Below are positions 57,164 to 64,000 of a stretch of 64,000 nucleotides of DNA, in pieces. The stretch comes from an uncultured delta proteobacterium (GTDB taxonomy: Bacteria > Myxococcota_A > Polyangia > Fen-1088). The translations under genes were made by a program, and so were the position numbers. The first letter of the stretch is position 1, and every line of letters starts with the position of its first letter. The stretch is from NCBI GenBank assembly GCA_963755125.1, contig CAVWIP010000016.1:151604-215603 (forward strand), in the 5' to 3' direction. The notes beneath the pieces were generated by a model, which was not told where the DNA came from, searched no databases, and was given only the letters and a program-made list of their open reading frames with translations.

Positions 57164-59797
57164 ATGGTACGCAAAATCGCAATCTTCGCTCTGGCCGCTG
57201 GTGTCGTTGTCGGCGGGTACTTTCTTGGCAAGGGCAACTGGGGTGCACGCGCCACGGCGCCGACCAAGTACACTTGCGAGAAGGTCGGGGTAACCGCCAA
57301 GGACAAGGACGATGTGGAGCGCAAGTGCGTGTCGTTCGAGGGCACGCCCAAGGGCTCGGCCAAGGCGCTGGTGACCATCGTCGAGTTCTCCGATTTCCAG
57401 TGCCCCTACTGCAGCCGCGTCCTTCCCACCCTCGACCAACTGGTCAAGGAATACCCAGACAAGGTGCGCGTCTTCTTCAAGCAAAATCCGCTCCCCTTCC
57501 ACGACAAGGCGGCGCTGGCCGCAGAAGCGGCACTGGCTGCCGGGGCCCAGGGGAAGTTCTGGAAGATGCACGATCAACTCTTCGGCAACCAGTCTGCCCT
57601 CGACCGGCCCGCGCTTGAGAAGTATGCGGAGAAGATCGGCCTCGACCTGCCCAAGTTCAAGGCCGCCCTCGACAACCACACCTTCAAGGCCGCGGTCGAC
57701 AAGGATCTGGCCGAAGCCCGCGATCTGGGCGTGCAGGGAACTCCCAACTTCTTCATCAACGGCCGGCCGCTGCGCGGGGCCGTGCCCTACGAGCAATTCA
57801 AGACCGTGGTGGATGACGAAATCAGCCGCGCCAAGAAGCTCATCGACAAGGGAACCCCGGTCAGTCAGCTCTATGACGCCCTGATCAAGGGCAAGGCCAA
57901 GGGAATGGGCACGCCGCAGGCTGCGGCCCCGCCACCCAAGCCGCCGGTTTCCAACGAGGTCTACAAGGTCGAAATCGACAAGGCTCCGCGCAAGGGAGGC
58001 ACCGCGCCCAAAATCACGCTCATCGAGTTCTCTGACTTCCAGTGCCCGTACTGCGCTCGCGCCAAGGGCACGCTCGATGAACTGCTCAAGATCTACAAGG
58101 ACAATCTGGAGATCTCGTTCAAGCACTTCCCGCTGCCCTTCCACAACAACGCCATGCCCGCCGCGCTCGCCGCCGTGGCCGCCGGCGAGCAAGGCAAGTT
58201 CTGGGAGATGTACGACAAGTTGTTCGCCAACCAGCAGAGTCTGGATGCGGCCAGCTTTGACAAATACGCGCAAGAGCTCGGACTCGACACGGCCAAGTTC
58301 AAGGCCGCCATCGCCGACCCCAAGACCAAGGCGGTGGTCGAGGCGGACATGAAACAGGCCAACCAGTTCGGGGTGCAGGGGACGCCCAGCTTCTTCGTCA
58401 ACGGCCGAGCCTTCAGCGGCGCCTATCCGCTGGACAGCTTCAAGATGGTGCTGGACGAGGAGCTGAAGAAGGCGGACGCCAAGCTGCAGGCCGGCACGCC
58501 GCGCGATGAGCTGTATGCGGCAATCATCAAGGACGGACTGGCCAAGAAGGAAGCGCCCAAAGAGCAAGCGCGACCGAACGAGCCGTCGCCCACCGAGACC
58601 TACAAGGCCGAGATCAAGGGCGCGCCCATCAAAGGCACCAAGGACGCCCTGGTGACCATCGTCCAGTTCTCCGACTTCCAGTGTCCGTTCTGCTCGCGTG
58701 TGGAACCGACCATCGACAAGATTATGGAGGAGTACAAGGGCAAGGTCCGAGTGGCCTGGCGAAACAAGCCCCTGCCCTTCCACGACAAGGCCAAGCCCGC
58801 GGCCATTGCGGCCCTGGCGGCCAACCAGCAGGGCAAGTTCTGGCAGATGCACGACATCCTGTTCAAGAACCAGCAGAACCTGGATGCCGCCAGCTTGGAG
58901 AAGTACGCGAAAGAGATCGGCCTCGACATGGCCAAGTTCAAGGCCGCCCTGCAGGACAAGAAGCTGCAGGAGTCCGTCGAAGCAGACGTCGCGATGGGCG
59001 ACAAGCTGGGCGCGCGCGGCACGCCGGCCTTCTTCGTCAACGGCAGCTTCCTATCGGGCGCGCAGCCCTTTGAGAGCTTCAAAGCCCGCATCGACGAACA
59101 GTTGAAGAAGGCTGAGGAGATGGTCAAGAAAGGCACGCCCAAGGCCAAGCTGTACGACGTGCTGATGAAGACGGCCAAGGCTGAAACCGGTGGCCCCGCA
59201 CCGGCCGCCGCGGCTGCTGCGCCCGAGGCAGGTCCGGTCAAGAACGTCGATCCCGGAAACGCCCCGATGCGTGGCCCCAAGGACGCGCCGCTCACCGTGG
59301 TGCTCTTCTCGGATTTCCAGTGCCCGTTCTGCGGAAGGGTCGAGCCTTCTCTCACCGAGTTGGAAAAAGCCTACCCGGGCAAGGTGCGGGTGTTCTGGAA
59401 GAACTTCCCGCTTCCCTTCCACAACAACGCCAAGCCCGCAGCCGAGGCCGCCATGGCCGCCAACGAGCAGGGCAAGTTCTGGGAGATGCACGACATCCTG
59501 TTCAAGAACCAGCAGAACCTGGATGCGGCCAGCCTGGAGAAGTACGCGAAGGAGATCGGCCTAGACATGGCCAGGTTCAAGGCCGCTGTGGACAGCCACA
59601 AGTTTGCCGCGCAGATCGAGGCGGACGCGAAGCAGGGCGGCTCGCTTGGCGTGCAGGGCACACCGGCCAGCTTCCTCAACGGCCACTTCATCAACGGCGC
59701 CCAGCCTGTCGATGCCTTCAAGAAGATCGCCGACGAGGAACTGGCCAAGGTCGCCAAGGTCAGAAAAAGGATAGCCGCGACGATCAAGCAGCCGTAG
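57164..59797 (+). CDS. Membrane-anchored protein with four tandem DsbA/Com1-like thioredoxin domains
   Basis: Four FSDFQCP(Y/F)C motifs with GTP cis-Pro loops; AAGGAG RBS before ATG 57164; N-terminal TM helix. Confidence 0.9.
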   Translation: MVRKIAIFALAAGVVVGGYFLGKGNWGARATAPTKYTCEKVGVTAKDKDDVERKCVSFEGTPKGSAKALVTIVEFSDFQCPYCSRVLPTLDQLVKEYPDKVRVFFKQNPLPFHDKAALAAEAALAAGAQGKFWKMHDQLFGNQSALDRPALEKYAEKIGLDLPKFKAALDNHTFKAAVDKDLAEARDLGVQGTPNFFINGRPLRGAVPYEQFKTVVDDEISRAKKLIDKGTPVSQLYDALIKGKAKGMGTPQAAAPPPKPPVSNEVYKVEIDKAPRKGGTAPKITLIEFSDFQCPYCARAKGTLDELLKIYKDNLEISFKHFPLPFHNNAMPAALAAVAAGEQGKFWEMYDKLFANQQSLDAASFDKYAQELGLDTAKFKAAIADPKTKAVVEADMKQANQFGVQGTPSFFVNGRAFSGAYPLDSFKMVLDEELKKADAKLQAGTPRDELYAAIIKDGLAKKEAPKEQARPNEPSPTETYKAEIKGAPIKGTKDALVTIVQFSDFQCPFCSRVEPTIDKIMEEYKGKVRVAWRNKPLPFHDKAKPAAIAALAANQQGKFWQMHDILFKNQQNLDAASLEKYAKEIGLDMAKFKAALQDKKLQESVEADVAMGDKLGARGTPAFFVNGSFLSGAQPFESFKARIDEQLKKAEEMVKKGTPKAKLYDVLMKTAKAETGGPAPAAAAAAPEAGPVKNVDPGNAPMRGPKDAPLTVVLFSDFQCPFCGRVEPSLTELEKAYPGKVRVFWKNFPLPFHNNAKPAAEAAMAANEQGKFWEMHDILFKNQQNLDAASLEKYAKEIGLDMARFKAAVDSHKFAAQIEADAKQGGSLGVQGTPASFLNGHFINGAQPVDAFKKIADEELAKVAKVRKRIAATIKQP

Positions 59798-59810
59798 CGC
59801 GGAGTCGAGA

Positions 59811-60440
59811 GTGCTGGATCGGGGGAGGCAGGGGAGCGGAGCGCACCCGGGGGACCGCAAGCAGGCGGTCCCTGCGCGCGCGGTTTCCCGGCGCGTGTTC
59901 GCCATCGGCATCGTCGCTGTCGCGACCGCCACGCTGACAGTTCACTTCCTGGCTGGTGTCGCGAGGACCGCAGTGGCAGCACGTGACAGCGTCTGCCTCG
60001 CCCTTGCCCCTGATCCACTTTCACCCAAGCTGCAAGGCCTGGCGCCGGACTTCGAGCTGGCCGATGCGGCGGGCAAGCGATGGTCGTTGCGCGCGCTGCG
60101 GGGCCGGCCGGTGCTGGTCAGCTTCTGGGCCACCTGGTGCCCACCCTGTGTGGAAGAAATGCCATCGCTGGAGGCCCTGGCTCGCCGTCTGGGCGATCGA
60201 GCCACCGTCCTGGCGGTCAGCGTGGATGAGAGCTGGGCTGCTATCCGCGCGTTCTTTCCCCGCGGGACGCCCCTGACGGTCTTGCTCGATCCCAGCCGAG
60301 AGGTTCCCGCGCGCTTCGGCACCAGCCTGTTCCCCGAGAGTTTTCTCGTCGATCCCAGCGGGCGCGTGCGCCGTGTCTTCATCAACCAGCGCAACTGGTC
60401 CGTCCCCGAAGCCGCCGCCTGCATCGAGGACCTGAGATAG
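59811..60440 (+). CDS. TlpA/ResA-like thioredoxin (redoxin)
   Basis: APDFEL, FWATWCPPCVEEMPSL, FPESFLVD; start uncertain. Confidence 0.85.
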   Translation: MLDRGRQGSGAHPGDRKQAVPARAVSRRVFAIGIVAVATATLTVHFLAGVARTAVAARDSVCLALAPDPLSPKLQGLAPDFELADAAGKRWSLRALRGRPVLVSFWATWCPPCVEEMPSLEALARRLGDRATVLAVSVDESWAAIRAFFPRGTPLTVLLDPSREVPARFGTSLFPESFLVDPSGRVRRVFINQRNWSVPEAAACIEDLR

Positions 60441-60447
60441 ACAACTT

Positions 60448-61617
60448 CTAATCGTGGCCGAGGTCGCCGTCCTGGCGGCCCGTCAGATCCTGGAGCGACG
60501 GCGTACCTCCCTCGTCGTCCTGCATCCCGTGCGCCAGACGCGCCTTCACCCGCATGATCTGGCGTTCCTTGTAGCGCTCGTGGCTGTTCTCGCCGGTCTC
60601 GTTTGCTTCGGCGGTGCGGGCGTCCACGATCTGAAACTCGGTGAGCACGAACACCACCGCGCCGTTGTCCATGAACAGGTCGTCGTCCGGCGACCGGTTC
60701 AACAACTTGTCCACGCGCACGGGAAGGTCAGCGACGAAATTCACCACCCGGTAGCTGGGACCCGAGAACTCATTGATCATCGGCGTGCGCTTGTCGGCAG
60801 CCACCGTCGACAGATCGAGCAACTGGGGCAAATAACGCCGCAAGATTGCATCCCGCTCCACAAAGCCGTGCAGGTCCACGATGTCGTTGAGCGATTCGCC
60901 GGGAATCACGTAGTTGAACGGCACCAACCGCTGCACCAGTTCGCGCAAGACGAAGACGATCTCATCTTCGGAATGCGTGATCATGCGGAAACGGAGCTTG
61001 TCGTAGACATGCGCCGCGATGTTGTCGCGTTTGGCCAGCAGCTTGGTGATAAGGCTGTCTGGCTCCTTGCGACTCCACTCGAACTCGACGATGGCACAGC
61101 CTGCACCCTTCATTTCCTCGACGGTCCGCAGGACCTTGTCCTCGACCGCGCGGAAGATCTGGTCAGCACTGACCGATAGGCGGTTGACCAACTCGCGGCC
61201 CGCCAGGTGTTGCAGCACGTGCATGACCTTGAGCACCACGCAAGCATGGGTGCGCCGCTTGCCATTCTGCGAAGCCACCAGCAAGAGGTCGCGGGCCGGT
61301 ATCCGCTCCGCGACCTCCTCGGGAATGTGGAAGCCCAGGTGCCGCTCCAAGTAGTCAACCGCCTGCTCACGCAGCGCCTCGATCCGAGCTATGTCCGGCC
61401 CGCTTTCCGGGTCGAACTCATGTACGCGCAGGAAGCGATCAACCTGATCGCGGTCGGAGAAATACAGGCGGTGCCAGTCGATGACCGAGCCGCCGCGAAT
61501 CAAGTTCCGGATGGCTGTCAGATCGGCGATGCCGAGGAGAGCCACTCGCCCGTCTGGAGGCTCACCCTCGCCTTTCGCGCTATTCTGAGCCGCGGCTTCA
61601 AGTCCGTCTAACATCAT
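60448..61617 (-). CDS. TIGR04552-like protein with RelA/SpoT-type nucleotidyltransferase motifs
   Basis: GGSVIDWHRL, RK...SLITKLLAK, YDKLRFR, PFNYVIPGES.N, NEFSG..YR, EFQI.D, H..YK. Confidence 0.75.
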   Translation of the reverse strand: MMLDGLEAAAQNSAKGEGEPPDGRVALLGIADLTAIRNLIRGGSVIDWHRLYFSDRDQVDRFLRVHEFDPESGPDIARIEALREQAVDYLERHLGFHIPEEVAERIPARDLLLVASQNGKRRTHACVVLKVMHVLQHLAGRELVNRLSVSADQIFRAVEDKVLRTVEEMKGAGCAIVEFEWSRKEPDSLITKLLAKRDNIAAHVYDKLRFRMITHSEDEIVFVLRELVQRLVPFNYVIPGESLNDIVDLHGFVERDAILRRYLPQLLDLSTVAADKRTPMINEFSGPSYRVVNFVADLPVRVDKLLNRSPDDDLFMDNGAVVFVLTEFQIVDARTAEANETGENSHERYKERQIMRVKARLAHGMQDDEGGTPSLQDLTGRQDGDLGHD

Positions 61618-61672
61618 GCGGCCTGCCAGTTGCTTTGCCCGAGTGTAGGCGGCGGGATCGCGCCCGGCAAGG

Positions 61673-61798
61673 CGAATTCGCGTGGGGAGCCGGCCGGCTC
61701 TGCCGGCCGCGGACTATCGCGGGAGGGTTTGGCGAGGCCGAGCGAAGCGAGCGGGGAGGTGGTGGCGGGTGGGGGGGCCGAAGGGCGGAGCGAACCCT
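61673..61798. repeat. G-rich dispersed repeat (REP/MITE-like), copy 1
   Basis: 61751-61798 matches 63943-63990 at 46/48 nt; 61673-61704 matches 63908-63938. Confidence 0.75.
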
Positions 61799-62076
61799 AT
61801 GTGAACTGCGGCTCAGCCCGCGCGCTCGGCTATGGCAGCTTGCTGCGCGGGGCCTGCCCGAGACGAAGCGTGGCCCAAAAGAGCGCGAACGCACCGAGGG
61901 CGGTGATTGAACTGCCGATGACAGGAATCATTGCCATGAGTGGCATTTTATCCTACATGTCCTACCTGGCAAGTTTTCCTGGTGGTGGGGCCCGAAGTCC
62001 CCGCACCGGGAGGCCGGGATAGGGTGGTCGGACCCGAAACCGGTTCCGGCCTCCGGCCGCGCCGCCTGCTGCGGAA

Positions 62077-63879
62077 CTACCGCCGCCGTCGTTTTCGCAG
62101 GCGGCGGCCGCGCAACAGGGAAATCAGGAGCAGCCCTCCGAAGATCGCGGTCACACCCACCGACACGGCCCGCGCGCCCTCTTGCCCACGGCCTTCAAAC
62201 ACTACGGACAGACTGATGGCCGTGGCGCCCAAGAAACCCCAAAGCAGCTGCTGCCCCAACGCGTAGATGACGTCGACGCTGGCCTCGATCCCGCGAATGC
62301 GGACCTCGACGTCCCCGCGCGCGGCCAGGGTCAGAAAGCGGCCCAGTTCGCCGGGCAGAGCAAAGGCCGAAAGGGCCGATTCCCGAAGCGTGTCGAGCAT
62401 CGCCTCGGACCATTCCTTCTTCTCGCCGAGCAGGAACCGGTCTACATAGGGCTGGATCACCGCCGACGGATCCATCTCGGGGTCGAGCGTGGTGCACACG
62501 CCGAGCAGGAGAAGCAGGGTCCGTTCCAGCAGCACCCATTCCTTGGGCACCACGAAAGCATCGGTCAGGTCACGCAGCGACACGTTCAGATCGCGCAGGT
62601 CGAGCAGGGTGGCGAGTTGGGCGCGCGGATCGATCTTCAAGTTGGACAGGGAGAAACCCTCGAAGCGCATCTGCGAACGAAAGTGCTCGTAGAAGTGTTG
62701 CACCACCCGGTCAAAGACTTCGTGGTCCGCGTGTCGAGCCAGAAAGCCCATTTCCTTGAGCGCGGCGACGATGCGACCCACGTCGCGGGTCATGGCGCCC
62801 TGGAGGAAGGTCACGATGCCCTTGCGCATGCCCTGGGACACGCGCGCGGTAGCCCCGAAGTCGAGCAGCACGATGCTGGGTCCGGCTTCGCCGGGGCCGG
62901 GCGGCCGCAGCAGCAGGTTCCCTGGATGCGGGTCCGCGTGATAAACGCCGTCGACGAATATCTGCTTGCAATAGACTTCCACGCACAGACGGGCGGCCTG
63001 CTTGCGGTCCACGCCGCGCGTGTCCAGTGTTTCGATGTCGCCCACGCGGGTGCCGGTCATCCATTCGGTGGTGAGCACACGCTCGGTCGAGAACTCGTCG
63101 ATCACGCGCGGGATGACGACATCCTTGCGATTGGTGAAGTTGGCGGCAATGGCGCGAATCGCAGCGGCCTCGTGCTGGTAGTCGAGTTCGGCCAGCACCA
63201 TCTCGCGGATCTCGCGGTAGATGGTGGCCCAGCCCCAGTCAGGCAGAACCCGGCGGAGCAAGGCGAAGATGCGCCGGATCACGCCGAGGTCGGTCTTCAC
63301 GATGATCTCGATGCCCGGGTATTGCACCTTGACCGCCACCTTCTCGCCAGAATGCAAGCGCGCCACGTGAACCTGGCCGATCGACGCAGAAGCCACGGGG
63401 GTCCGATCGAACTGAGCGAACACCTGACCCGGCTCGCGACCACCGAGTTCCGCCACCAGCCGCGCCTCGATGTCCTCGTAGGGTCGCGGCGGCACACGAT
63501 CCTGCAAGGCTTGCAATTCCTTGCGAAAGGCCTCAGGCAGCATGTTCGCCAGCACGCTGATGAGCTGCCCGACTTTGATGAACAGGCCCTGCAGTTCAAC
63601 GATGGTGGCCAGGACCCGGCGGGCGTTTTGTCGATGGACCACCTGCACGAGTTCGGCGGCGGCCTCGTCGCTGCGAAAGCGCCGGCGCATACGCAACAAC
63701 CAGTAGGACAGCACGACCTGCAGGGTCACACGATACGCGCGCAGCAGGCGGCGCAGAGGCCGACGGTACACGGCACTGCGACGGGCCGCCTGGGCAGAGT
63801 CCGCCGGCTCAGCCAGCGCGCCTGGGATTGCAGCCCCCGGTCGATTCTGCGGGTCTTCACCGGTCACGGCTTGCAGCAT
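62077..63879 (-). CDS. ABC1/UbiB/AarF-family atypical kinase
   Basis: IKVGQ, LQDRVPP, ASASIGQVH, VAVKVQYP, ELDY..EA, HADPHPGN, LLDFG. Confidence 0.92.
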   Translation of the reverse strand: MLQAVTGEDPQNRPGAAIPGALAEPADSAQAARRSAVYRRPLRRLLRAYRVTLQVVLSYWLLRMRRRFRSDEAAAELVQVVHRQNARRVLATIVELQGLFIKVGQLISVLANMLPEAFRKELQALQDRVPPRPYEDIEARLVAELGGREPGQVFAQFDRTPVASASIGQVHVARLHSGEKVAVKVQYPGIEIIVKTDLGVIRRIFALLRRVLPDWGWATIYREIREMVLAELDYQHEAAAIRAIAANFTNRKDVVIPRVIDEFSTERVLTTEWMTGTRVGDIETLDTRGVDRKQAARLCVEVYCKQIFVDGVYHADPHPGNLLLRPPGPGEAGPSIVLLDFGATARVSQGMRKGIVTFLQGAMTRDVGRIVAALKEMGFLARHADHEVFDRVVQHFYEHFRSQMRFEGFSLSNLKIDPRAQLATLLDLRDLNVSLRDLTDAFVVPKEWVLLERTLLLLLGVCTTLDPEMDPSAVIQPYVDRFLLGEKKEWSEAMLDTLRESALSAFALPGELGRFLTLAARGDVEVRIRGIEASVDVIYALGQQLLWGFLGATAISLSVVFEGRGQEGARAVSVGVTAIFGGLLLISLLRGRRLRKRRRR

Positions 63880-63907
63880 ATCGCGCGTCTGCTTTCGACG
63901 CACCCGC

Positions 63908-63990
63908 CGAATCGCGTGGGGAGCCCGCCGGCTTTGCCCCCTGCGGGGAGGTGGCGGCGAGTGGGGGGGCCGAAGGGCGGAGCGAACCCT
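63908..63990. repeat. G-rich dispersed repeat (REP/MITE-like), copy 2
   Basis: Direct repeat of the 61673-61798 element lacking its ~45-nt central segment. Confidence 0.75.
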
Positions 63991-64000
63991 TCCAGGGTTC

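Overview
GC-rich bacterial chromosome segment, most likely Myxococcota (inferred from AglRQS-like motor genes, MXAN_5187-like, TIGR04552-like and AgmX/PglI C-terminal proteins, and many Cys/Gly/Thr-rich lipoproteins). Left to right: a futalosine-route menaquinone cluster (mqnE, an mqnA-mqnC fusion, putative aminofutalosine deaminase, UbiA/MqnP) interrupted by a three-domain DsbA-like protein, a lipoprotein and an NCS2 purine permease; tRNA-Lys and tRNA-Arg; a proton-channel motor operon with two TolQ/AglR copies and two TolR copies; HEAT lipoprotein, queF, PBP1A, a long monofunctional transglycosylase and an ECF sigma factor; DUF4175-like and peptidase-MA/TPR genes separated by about 11 kb of mixed accessory genes from MoxR-DUF58-BatA; GH3, Nudix, LamG lipoprotein, two GT-C-like membrane proteins, PgsA-like, CNNM, tRNA-Phe, a four-domain DsbA-like protein, TlpA, a RelA/SpoT-like TIGR04552 protein and an ABC1 kinase flanked by a G-rich direct repeat. 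No CRISPR array, transposase, integrase, reverse transcriptase or rRNA was seen. All family calls come from motif recognition by eye, not from database searches. Best leads: the duplicated-AglR motor, a ~225 nt nested-stem intergenic element, the alarmone-synthetase-like orphan, the ssrA-like ECF tail and the multi-DsbA pair.
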